Shown here piece after piece: positions 1-8,144 of a stretch of DNA of 51,850 nt (position 1 is the first letter of the stretch; each line of letters starts with the position of its first letter). The position numbers and the translations under genes were made by a program. This DNA comes from Candidatus Iainarchaeum sp. (lineage in GTDB: Archaea > Iainarchaeota > Iainarchaeia > Iainarchaeales > JAAZKV01), in the NCBI GenBank assembly GCA_012799645.1, contig JAAZKV010000001.1:1-51850 (forward strand), in the 5' to 3' direction. The notes under the pieces are model-generated. The model ran no database searches and was not told the origin of the DNA. It saw nothing but the letters and a program-made list of their open reading frames with translations.

Positions 1-1112
1 CAATTGTATTTTAAGAATTGTAATTCTTTTTTATTCACTTTTTTTGAATCAATTAATTTTTTTACTTTCGGAGCAATTATTTGCATTTCGTTAATTAAGT
101 GTCTTATTGAATCACAAATTTCATTAATTCCTTTTTTTGGCCATACTGGATTTATGTTTGAATACAAACATCTTCCTCCGCATAGTTCCAAATCTTTACA
201 TTTGTTGCACGGAGCTTTAACAGTTATTTTGAAAGGAAGGGTTTCTGGTTTTGTTGATTTTATGTCACCCAAATAGTATTCTTTTACTCCGCTCATTATT
301 GGACAAGTGGATATTTTTCCGTTCGGCAAAATAGTAAAATTACCTACCCCTGATCCGCATCTTAAATAATATTTTGTTCCAAAAATTAATGAATTAAGTA
401 TTCCAATGAATGGATAAAATCTCAAAGTGTTTCCTTTACTCAATTGATCCAACCAATATGCTGATAGTTTTGAAATATCTTCATTGTATTCTTTAACCCA
501 TTTAGCAAAATTTCTTTTCTCATAATCGTGCCACATATTTGCGTCAAGTTGCCAATGAACTGAACTGAACTTAAATGATTCTTTATCTTTTGGTTCCACT
601 AAATCCATCACATCTTGATAAAAATGTGTGGGTTCTTCTACTGCCATTCTCGCAATTATTTCTCCTTTGAAACCATTTTTTTTTATTAAGTGCAAATTTT
701 TTGTGACTTTTTCCCAAGTTCCTTCTCCCCTATTTTTGTTTGTGGTTTCTCTTCCCCCATCAATTGACACTAAAATTGTGTGAAATTTGTTGACGTATTT
801 TTTTGGTAATTTATCAAGGAGGGTTCCGTTTGTTTGTATTAAAAAATTTTTTACTACTTTGTATTTTTTTTGAGAATCCATCACTTTTTTTATAAAATCA
901 ATATTTAGTAATGGTTCTCCCCCATAAAAAATAATTGAAACTGGTTTGTCCTCATCTTTTTTTAAAAAAGAATTCAATTCACTCATTGTGTATTGTGGTG
1001 TTTCTGGAACTGATTCAAATTTTAATTTACTTTCAGGTTCTGAAAAACTCTTTCCGCAACAATACTCACAACACAAATTACACTCAGGAGTGGTTACAAT
1101 GTGATAAATCAT
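1..1112 (-). CDS. radical SAM / SPASM-domain enzyme (C-terminus runs off the left edge)
   Basis: Own translation of the minus strand from ATG (complement of 1110-1112): MIYHIVTTPECNLCCEYCCGKSF... contains a CxxxCxxC radical-SAM motif (C-NLC-C-EY-C). Near the window edge, CNKCKDLELCGGRC is a Cx2Cx5Cx3C SPASM-type motif. The frame stays open to position 1. It is absent from the ORF track because it has no in-window stop. Confidence 0.8.
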   Translation of the reverse strand, partial: MIYHIVTTPECNLCCEYCCGKSFSEPESKLKFESVPETPQYTMSELNSFLKKDEDKPVSIIFYGGEPLLNIDFIKKVMDSQKKYKVVKNFLIQTNGTLLDKLPKKYVNKFHTILVSIDGGRETTNKNRGEGTWEKVTKNLHLIKKNGFKGEIIARMAVEEPTHFYQDVMDLVEPKDKESFKFSSVHWQLDANMWHDYEKRNFAKWVKEYNEDISKLSAYWLDQLSKGNTLRFYPFIGILNSLIFGTKYYLRCGSGVGNFTILPNGKISTCPIMSGVKEYYLGDIKSTKPETLPFKITVKAPCNKCKDLELCGGRCLYSNINPVWPKKGINEICDSIRHLINEMQIIAPKVKKLIDSKKVNKKELQFLKYN

Positions 1113-1181
1113 AAAGATCACTATTTTTCAAAAATATTGAATAACAAAAGAATTATTAATGAATTAAAAACAATAATACTT

Positions 1182-1721
1182 ATGGGTTTACGAAGAGTTA
1201 TTTCAAACAGATTTGCTAGTGTGTTTAGAAGAGCTAACAAAGTAATTGCTTTAAACCAAAAAAGACGAGCAATAACTAAATTTAAAAAAGCAAAAGAAGC
1301 TCAAGAAATTACTCAAATTATTTCTGACAAAAAAGCCAAAAAATATTATCCCCAAAAAAGTGAAAAAAGTAAACAAAATTTTAAAGCAGCGGATAATGCA
1401 GCGAAAAAAAATGCTAAACAAATTAAAAAAAGAAAACACGCATTTAGTGATCTTTTAGTAGCGAGAGCAAAAACAAAACGCCAACTAAGTGCTATTGAAA
1501 AGAAAGCACACAAATTAACCAGAGGGATTTATAGAGGAGATTTTTGTTCATTTAGAAGTTATTCGGGAAATATTTACGAAGGAGCGTTTAGAAGAATAAC
1601 CACTGCAAAAGTTAGAACTAATTCAGGAATTAAAGAAGTTTTAGCAATAGAAATTGTTCCAAGTGGAAAAAACAAATCAATAAAACTAGCAGTGGATCTG
1701 CTTGAAAAATCAAATAATTAA
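1182..1721 (+). CDS. hypothetical lysine/arginine-rich protein
   Basis: ORF 1101..1721. The longest-ORF start overlaps the divergent rSAM start, so the internal ATG at 1182 (MGLRRVISNRF...) is preferred. No recognisable domain; highly basic. Confidence 0.45.
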   Translation: MGLRRVISNRFASVFRRANKVIALNQKRRAITKFKKAKEAQEITQIISDKKAKKYYPQKSEKSKQNFKAADNAAKKNAKQIKKRKHAFSDLLVARAKTKRQLSAIEKKAHKLTRGIYRGDFCSFRSYSGNIYEGAFRRITTAKVRTNSGIKEVLAIEIVPSGKNKSIKLAVDLLEKSNN

Positions 1722-1946
1722 AATAAATAAACAAAAAATTAAAACAAAAAAAACAAAAACCAAAATAAACTAAAAAAATAAAATAATTAAAAATAATGAA
1801 CAAAATAAAAAACTTCAAAAAACTAAGAAAAAAGTTATATTTATAAATAACAAATCAAATAGTATAATGAAAAATAATATGGTGAAATTAGAACAATAAA
1901 GAAATTAGAACAGTAAAAGAAAAAAATAAAGTGATTTGGTGAAAAA

Positions 1947-2807
1947 ATGTTTAAATCAATCAACAAAAGTATTGCTTTAACTAAAACAACTATAAAAGTA
2001 ATTTCTAAAGACAAAAAATTGTTTATATTCCCAATCTTGTCAGGGATTTGTTCAATAATTTTTTTCTTCGTAATGATATTTCCTTTCTTTTTAAGCGAAA
2101 TCGCTAAACAAATTGTTGGGGACACTGCTTCCCAAGTTTTGTTCTACATCGCATTATTTTTACTATATCTTGGAATGGCTTTTATTACAACTTTCTTTAA
2201 TGTGTGTGTCGTGTATATAGTGAAAAGTAGACTTGATGGCGGGAGTGCAAAAGCAACGGAAGCAATAAGCTCTGCTTTTTCTAGAATACACTTAATTTTT
2301 GCTTGGAGTATTATTGCAGCAACTGTGGGAATAATAATGGATATAATTGACCAAATTGCTGAAAACCAAGAAGCGATCGGAAAACTAATCATAAATTGGA
2401 TAAATTCAGTTATTGGAGCAACATGGGGAATAATAACTATTTTTGTGGTACCCGCAATGGTTTACAATAATTTAGGCCCACTTGGAGCAATAAAAAAATC
2501 AGTGCAAGTTTTGAGAAAAACTTGGGGAGAATCAGTAATAAGATATGTTGGAATTGGGGTAGTTCAAATGATATCAATAATACTTGCTTTTTTAGTGGGA
2601 ATAGTTTTGTTCTTTATTGGAGCAATGTCAGGAAATGCAATAATTTTTTTCTTAACTTTACTAATATCAATAATGCTAGTTGTTGGAGTAATAGTGTTCT
2701 TTGGACTTGTAACCAGCGTATTTAACACCGCAATATATCATTACGCTGATAGAGGAGAAGTGCCTGAATCTTTTGATGAACAAACAATTAGAAGTGTTAT
2801 TCAATAA
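1947..2807 (+). CDS. multi-pass membrane protein (DUF6159-like by recollection)
   Basis: ORF translation has several hydrophobic spans. The N-terminus MFKSINKSIALTKTTIKVISKDKKLFIFPILSG resembles the DUF6159 family from memory. GGTGA Shine-Dalgarno at 1938-1942. Confidence 0.7.
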   Translation: MFKSINKSIALTKTTIKVISKDKKLFIFPILSGICSIIFFFVMIFPFFLSEIAKQIVGDTASQVLFYIALFLLYLGMAFITTFFNVCVVYIVKSRLDGGSAKATEAISSAFSRIHLIFAWSIIAATVGIIMDIIDQIAENQEAIGKLIINWINSVIGATWGIITIFVVPAMVYNNLGPLGAIKKSVQVLRKTWGESVIRYVGIGVVQMISIILAFLVGIVLFFIGAMSGNAIIFFLTLLISIMLVVGVIVFFGLVTSVFNTAIYHYADRGEVPESFDEQTIRSVIQ

Positions 2808-2987
2808 AACAAAAATAAACACGGAAACGAACAAAACCAAAATAATGAAAAAAAACAACCAAAAATAATAACACAAAAAAACAATTAAAAATAATTGAAA
2901 TCAAAAAACCAATCAAAAAATAAAATCAAAAAAACAGAAATTTAATTAAAAAAATCTAATTAAAGAAATTTAATTAAATAAACTTAA

Positions 2988-3917
2988 TCAAAACTCTCTT
3001 CTAAAATTAATTCCTTTATAGTATTTAGTAACACCAACTTTTTTTCCTTCTTTTATTCTAGAAGCGGCTTTTCTATATTTGAGCACTTTGTTTTTTTTCC
3101 AAACAATCGGCATTTTGGAAACAATTCCATTTCCACCAATGCATCCCCCTTCACAAAACAAAATATCGTAAAATATTTTATCAGGGTTTGAACCAAACAA
3201 TTTTTGTAAATTTTGACACCCGTCAGAAAAAATCATTTCTTCATCTTCCAAAATGTGTTTAGTGTGAAGTGTTTCTGTTAACCCTCCACTTAAAGGATAC
3301 ACTTTTGTGTATTCATTGTAAAATGAATCAAAAATATTTGAACCCACTAATCTTGGTTTTTCTTTAGCAACAATTTGTTTTAATTCACTAAAAGTTATTA
3401 CCACATCAATAAGAGTTTTTTTGTTTTTTTCGTTAAATTGTTTTGACTCAATTTTTTTTGCAGAGCAAGGGGAAACAAAAACTATTTTGTGTTTAGGATA
3501 GTGTTTTTTCAAAACTTTTGCCATCGCAATCATTGGACTATCAAAAGGTAAAAGAAATCTAGAAAAATCAGGATACTTTGCTTTCAACAAATTAACACTT
3601 AATGGACAAACAGATGAAATGAATTTTATTTTTGTTTTCTTGTTTTCTTTAATGTATTTGTGATAATTTTTATTCACTATTTTTGCCCCAAAAGTTAATT
3701 CAGTGATAAGATCAAATCCAAGCCCTCTCATTAATGGAACAAATTTTTTAAAATCAAAATCAACTACAAAAGAAGGAGCAACCATCAAAATAACTTTACT
3801 CTCATTATACCTCAAAGAGTTTCTCAAAAGTCTTAAAGTTTTTAATTGATCTTCTGAATAAGCAAATCCGAAAAAATCAGGATAACCATAAGAATCCAAT
3901 TCAACCATTAATACCAA
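2988..3917 (-). CDS. [FeFe]-hydrogenase large-subunit C-terminal (H-cluster) domain protein, H-domain only, 309 aa
   Basis: Translation carries the three H-cluster signature regions in order: ISSVCPLS (cf. TSCCPxW), VSPCSAKKIE (cf. MPCxxKxxE), LFCEGGCIGGNG (cf. ExMxCxxGCxxGG). It also has APSFVVDF, GFDLITELTFGAKIV and PLSGGLTE blocks typical of PF02906. Start is TTG 3917 or ATG 3908. Confidence 0.8.
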   Translation of the reverse strand: MVLMVELDSYGYPDFFGFAYSEDQLKTLRLLRNSLRYNESKVILMVAPSFVVDFDFKKFVPLMRGLGFDLITELTFGAKIVNKNYHKYIKENKKTKIKFISSVCPLSVNLLKAKYPDFSRFLLPFDSPMIAMAKVLKKHYPKHKIVFVSPCSAKKIESKQFNEKNKKTLIDVVITFSELKQIVAKEKPRLVGSNIFDSFYNEYTKVYPLSGGLTETLHTKHILEDEEMIFSDGCQNLQKLFGSNPDKIFYDILFCEGGCIGGNGIVSKMPIVWKKNKVLKYRKAASRIKEGKKVGVTKYYKGINFRREF

Positions 3918-3959
3918 TAACTAAAAGAGATAAAGAGATATTTAATCATACCCTCTCTT

Positions 3960-5369
3960 TTAATTAGTTTTTTTATCATTCAAAATTAGTTTGAACACTT
4001 TGTCTTTTGGTCTAACCCTATCATTAACTTTTATTCCAACAGATTGTCCTTGACTAGCAGTATCAATTGGTTTTAGATTTATTTGCATTGAATCAATTTT
4101 TTGTTCTAAAAAAGTTGTTTCTCCTTCAATAAGCAAATTATCTCCTACTGATACTGAATCAAACAATTTTATTTCAGCAACATTTACTTTTGCATAATAT
4201 TTTGTAACGACTCCAATATTTTGTCTTTTTTGTTTTTGGAAACTCCCTTGTCCTTTTGCCAAATCTTTTCCACCAGGAGTTGATAAGTAAAAACCTTTAG
4301 AGAATTCTCTATTATAAACTTTTTTAAGTTCGTTATTCCAATAATTTATTTTCTCAACAGAATAGGTTTTGTCAAACACTGAATCAATTGCTTCCCTATA
4401 ACACCTAGTAGTTGTTGCTACGTAATCGCTTGGTTTTGTTCTCCCCTCTATTTTTAGTGAATCAATTCCTGCTTCAATTAATTTATCAATAAACTCTATT
4501 GTTTTCATATCTTTAGGAGAAATAATTGTGTTGCCCTCCAAAAACACTTCTTTTTTTTCAAAATCAGGAGCGGAACCATCCAGGAAATATACGCTCGCCG
4601 AAGGCACTTCTTTCCCGCTGGTTTTTTCCGAAGGAAAAAAGGATCGCCTACACGGTTGTAAGCATTGACCCCTGTTCGCACTTTTCCCAAAAACCTCGTG
4701 ACTCAAAAAACACCTACCTGAAATAGCAACACACATTGCTCCGTGAATAAAACACTCAATCTTCACTCCCAATTTATGCGCAATTGGAACTATTTTTTTT
4801 ATTTGAACCAAATCAAGTTCTCTTGCAAGCACAATTCTTTTTACTCCAAGATCAGCGTATTTTTTTATTGCAATAGAATTAGTTACTGATGCTTGGGTAG
4901 ATAAGTGTGCTTCAATTTTGTGTTTGTTTGCAAGAGACAACACACCCATATCTGATAATATTATTGCATCAACTTTGGCTTTTTTTGCAGCAACAATTAC
5001 TTTCTCAACCGCACTCAATTCATTCTCAAAAACAACTGTATTCACTGTTAAGTAACCAAAAACTTTTCTTTTACAAGGATTTTTTCCGTGCAAATACTCC
5101 ATCACTTTTTTCAAATCACTATTAGAAAAATTTGTCCCAAAATCCCTCATATTAAATCCTTTAACACCAAAATAAACCGCATCCGCTCCATTTTTTACAG
5201 CAGCAATCAAACTTGGCCAATCCCCTGCCCCACTAAGAAGTTCAGGTTTGGAAAAACTTGGTTTTGAAAAATTAGATCTTGACAATTTTGATTTGTGGAG
5301 TTTAGGTTTATTATTTTTTGTAAGAACTTTTTTAGCAACTTTTTTAACAACCTTTTCTTTAAACTTCAT
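3960..5369 (-). CDS. U32-family Fe-S protein (peptidase U32 / RlhA-TrhP-UbiU-like)
   Basis: PELLSGAGDWPSLIAAVKNGADAVYFG, STQASVTN and GAMCVAISGRCFLSHEVFGKSANRGQCLQPCR (C-x6-C-x15-C-x3-C) match the U32 family. About 40 aa of K-rich N-terminal extension. Confidence 0.85.
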   Translation of the reverse strand: MKFKEKVVKKVAKKVLTKNNKPKLHKSKLSRSNFSKPSFSKPELLSGAGDWPSLIAAVKNGADAVYFGVKGFNMRDFGTNFSNSDLKKVMEYLHGKNPCKRKVFGYLTVNTVVFENELSAVEKVIVAAKKAKVDAIILSDMGVLSLANKHKIEAHLSTQASVTNSIAIKKYADLGVKRIVLARELDLVQIKKIVPIAHKLGVKIECFIHGAMCVAISGRCFLSHEVFGKSANRGQCLQPCRRSFFPSEKTSGKEVPSASVYFLDGSAPDFEKKEVFLEGNTIISPKDMKTIEFIDKLIEAGIDSLKIEGRTKPSDYVATTTRCYREAIDSVFDKTYSVEKINYWNNELKKVYNREFSKGFYLSTPGGKDLAKGQGSFQKQKRQNIGVVTKYYAKVNVAEIKLFDSVSVGDNLLIEGETTFLEQKIDSMQINLKPIDTASQGQSVGIKVNDRVRPKDKVFKLILNDKKTN

Positions 5370-5432
5370 AATTAATCAAATCCAAAAAATCAAAAAATCA
5401 AAAAAATTAATTTTTAAAAATTTAAAACTAAC

Positions 5433-5483
5433 ACTCACTAATTCATTATCCTTACTAATTTATTATCCCCACTAAGTTATTAT
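5433..5483 (-). repeat. three tandem 17-nt units (minus strand: ATAATGAATTAGTGAGT / ATAATAAATTAGTAAGG / ATAATAACTTAGTGGGG) in the G-depleted spacer upstream of the U32 gene
   Basis: Plus-strand units at 5433-5449, 5450-5466 and 5467-5483, aligned by eye. Confidence 0.75.
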
Positions 5484-5537
5484 CAATTAATAATAACAAC
5501 CAATCAATTCATTATCAATCCAATATTACTCAAACAC

Positions 5538-5563
5538 CTAACCAATAATACTAACCAATAATA
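5538..5563. repeat. perfect tandem 13-mer CTAACCAATAATA x2 (a third, degenerate copy follows)
   Basis: 5538-5550 and 5551-5563 are identical. Confidence 0.85.
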
Positions 5564-5649
5564 CTTGCTAACAATACCAATTAATAATTATAGTGTAATG
5601 GTTTTAAATTCGACACAATTATAAACATTTTTTATTGAGTAATTCTAAA

Positions 5650-6081
5650 ATGAGCAAAGTGTATTATTCAATTGCGAAAGCAAATTCGCTAATCCCAAAA
5701 ATAAAAAAATCAATAGAAAAAATTGAAAAATTAAGGGACGAGATTTTTTTAATTGATAACACAAAAATTCTTTTTGATGAATTATCCCCAAGTAGTCTTT
5801 TGCTAGAAATTGAATTAAACAAAAATTTTCACGAAAAAAACCTAGAAATGTTCACCCTAATTGCTGAACTAATAAAAGAAGGGTGCATTATTAGAAACTT
5901 GGAAGAAGATATTGAAGTGGATTTTTACTCAAAATTCAGAAACAAAGACATTTTTTTGTGCTGGAAAATGGGGGATGAAACAATCAGGTTTTGGCACGAA
6001 ACTTACGAAAAACAAAAACAAAGAAAACCCATTGAAGAACTACACGCACACTATTATGAAAAACTAAAAGAACTAAAATAA
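5650..6081 (+). CDS. DUF2203-like protein
   Basis: ORF 5635..6081, with the ATG at 5650 preferred (TTATAAAC box at 5618-5625, about 25 nt upstream, suggesting a leaderless mRNA). The C-terminal block GCIIRNLEEDIEVDFYSKFRNKDIFLCWKMGDETIRFWH resembles DUF2203 from memory. Confidence 0.55.
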   Translation: MSKVYYSIAKANSLIPKIKKSIEKIEKLRDEIFLIDNTKILFDELSPSSLLLEIELNKNFHEKNLEMFTLIAELIKEGCIIRNLEEDIEVDFYSKFRNKDIFLCWKMGDETIRFWHETYEKQKQRKPIEELHAHYYEKLKELK

Positions 6082-6317
6082 CACCAAAAAACAAAAAAAC
6101 TAAAACAAAAAAAGAAATTAACACCAAAAAAATGAACCCACCAAAACCACAAAAAAACCAAACTTAACCAGCAGCCTTTTAAATGTTTCTTAATAAATTT
6201 TCTTTAATTAATCGGCCTTCTAGCCGTAAGAATGCATTACAATTGGTGAGCAAATTTTTATAAAAAAATGATTATTTTTATAAAAAAAATTGAACTTTTT
6301 AAAAAAATGTTTAATTC

Positions 6318-6596
6318 TTGCCGTGCATTGAAAAAATTTTGGTGATTTTATTGGTTGAAAAAAATGAACAAAAAATTATCCAAAGACACTATTTAGTACC
6401 AGAACACGTTTTAATAAAAAAAGAAAAAGTTGACGAATTAATGGCCGAACTTGGAATCAAAAAAGATTCTTTACCAAGAATAGCAAAACTTGATGCTGCA
6501 ATAAAACACTTAAAACCTGAAAAAGGAGATGTTGTAAAAATTATTAGAGATTCAATAACAGCAGGACAAAGTACATATTATAGAAGAGTTGTTTAG
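6318..6596 (+). CDS. rpoH: DNA-directed RNA polymerase subunit H (Rpo5)
   Basis: HYLVPEHVLIKKEKVDELMAELGIKKDSLPRIAKLDAAIKHL...GDVVKIIRDSITAGQSTYYRRVV is classic RpoH. There is no in-frame ATG; the start is TTG 6318, GTG 6342 or TTG 6351 (uncertain). Confidence 0.85.
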   Translation: MPCIEKILVILLVEKNEQKIIQRHYLVPEHVLIKKEKVDELMAELGIKKDSLPRIAKLDAAIKHLKPEKGDVVKIIRDSITAGQSTYYRRVV

Positions 6597-6680
6597 AAAA
6601 ATTATTTTTAGAAAAAAAAAATTGGTTAAAAAAAAACCAATTTTGTGCTTTTTAGCACTAAAAGAATTGGGTGAAATTGG

Positions 6681-8144
6681 ATGGGTTGGGAATTAATAGA
6701 ATCTTATTTTAAAAACAAAAACATAGCACAAATGGAAATTGATTCTTATAATCAATTCATTAGTACAAGGTTGAACGAAATTGTTAAAGAAAATAATCTA
6801 ATTGTTCCAAAAATTGAAGAGGTAAGAATTGAGTTAAGCGATATTGAGGTTGAGAAACCAAAAATAATTGAAGCTGATGGAAGTCCAAGAGATATTTTCA
6901 CTCCAATGGAAGCACGACTTAGAAACAGAAATTACGCAGGGCCAATCTATTTAACTATGAGACTTTTTAGAAGAGATGTTGAACAGGATGCGAGAAGAAC
7001 AAATATTGGAGATATGCCTGTAATGACAAAATCAAAACTATGTTGGCTTGAAGGAAAAAACGAACAAGAACTAATTGAAATGGGAGAGGATCCAAAAGAT
7101 TTTGGAGGATACTTCATAATTAACGGAAGCGAAAAAGCACTAATGACACAAGAAGTACTATCATCCGACAGAGTACTAATTTCGGAAGGAGAAAAAGGAG
7201 TTGTTGCCGAAGTAATTTCAACAAGAGGAGCTTTCAAAGGAAGAGTAAGAGTGTTAAGAACACCAGAAGGAATGATTTACGTATCATTCCCAACCAGTCC
7301 AAAAAGATTGAGTTTGTTCGGATTGTTCAAAGCACTAGGACTTAAAACAAAAAAAGAAGTTTTTGAAGCATTCAATGATGAAAAAGAAATACAAAATGAT
7401 CTACTACTAAACTGGGAAGAATGCGATGTTAGTAATGAACAAGAAGCACTTGACAAAATCGGAAAATATGTTGCACCAGGACAAGTAATTGATTATAGAT
7501 TGAGAAGAGCAAGAGAAGTAATTGACGGATTTTTATTACCACACATTGGACAAGATGAACCAGCAAGATTAGCAAAAGCATACTACTTAGCAATGATGGC
7601 AACAAAAGCAATTGAAAGACACTACAAATTAAGAGGAAAAGATGACAAAGATAATTATGTTAACAAAAGACTTGAACTAAGTGGAAAACTAATGGAACAC
7701 TTATTCAGATACTCGTTCAAGTACTTTGTAAAAGATTTAAGATTCCAAATTGACAGAACTGTTACCAGAAGAAGAAAACTAAACATATCAACTGTTGTTA
7801 GACCTGGAGCAGTGAGTGAAAGAATCAGGTTTGCTATGAGTACAGGAAACTGGATAGGGAGAAGCACAGGAGTAGCAAAATTCATGGACAGAGTGAATTA
7901 TTTAGCACCACTAACTGATTTACGAAAAGTAAAATCACAATTAGCAAAAACAAGAGAATTGTACGAAGCTCGGGATGTTCACGGAACACACTGGGGAAGA
8001 CTTGACCCAATAGAAACACCTGATGGACCACAATGTGGATTAGTAAAAAACTTGTGTTTCATGGCAGAAGTAACAACTGATGCATCAGAAACACCAGTAG
8101 AAGAATTATTACACAAACAAGGAGTAAGATTGAAAAAATTATAA
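6681..8144 (+). CDS. rpoB2: RNA polymerase subunit B'' (N-terminal half of split Rpo2)
   Basis: Translation MGWELIESYFKNKNIAQMEIDSYNQFI...GRLDPIETPDGPQCGLVKNL is recognisably RpoB''. GGGTGA Shine-Dalgarno upstream of ATG 6681. Confidence 0.95.
   Translation: MGWELIESYFKNKNIAQMEIDSYNQFISTRLNEIVKENNLIVPKIEEVRIELSDIEVEKPKIIEADGSPRDIFTPMEARLRNRNYAGPIYLTMRLFRRDVEQDARRTNIGDMPVMTKSKLCWLEGKNEQELIEMGEDPKDFGGYFIINGSEKALMTQEVLSSDRVLISEGEKGVVAEVISTRGAFKGRVRVLRTPEGMIYVSFPTSPKRLSLFGLFKALGLKTKKEVFEAFNDEKEIQNDLLLNWEECDVSNEQEALDKIGKYVAPGQVIDYRLRRAREVIDGFLLPHIGQDEPARLAKAYYLAMMATKAIERHYKLRGKDDKDNYVNKRLELSGKLMEHLFRYSFKYFVKDLRFQIDRTVTRRRKLNISTVVRPGAVSERIRFAMSTGNWIGRSTGVAKFMDRVNYLAPLTDLRKVKSQLAKTRELYEARDVHGTHWGRLDPIETPDGPQCGLVKNLCFMAEVTTDASETPVEELLHKQGVRLKKL

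Noticed and set aside
4-276. 90-aa + strand ORF at the left edge
   Set aside because: It is antisense to the SPASM region of the radical SAM gene, whose motifs support the minus-strand frame.
1-1112. Left-end radical SAM enzyme as the HydE/HydG maturase for the hydrogenase-like protein
   Set aside because: It carries a SPASM-type Cx2Cx5Cx3C auxiliary motif and an overall pattern unlike HydE/HydG as I recall them. Two unrelated genes separate it from the hydrogenase-like gene, and it is on a different transcription unit.
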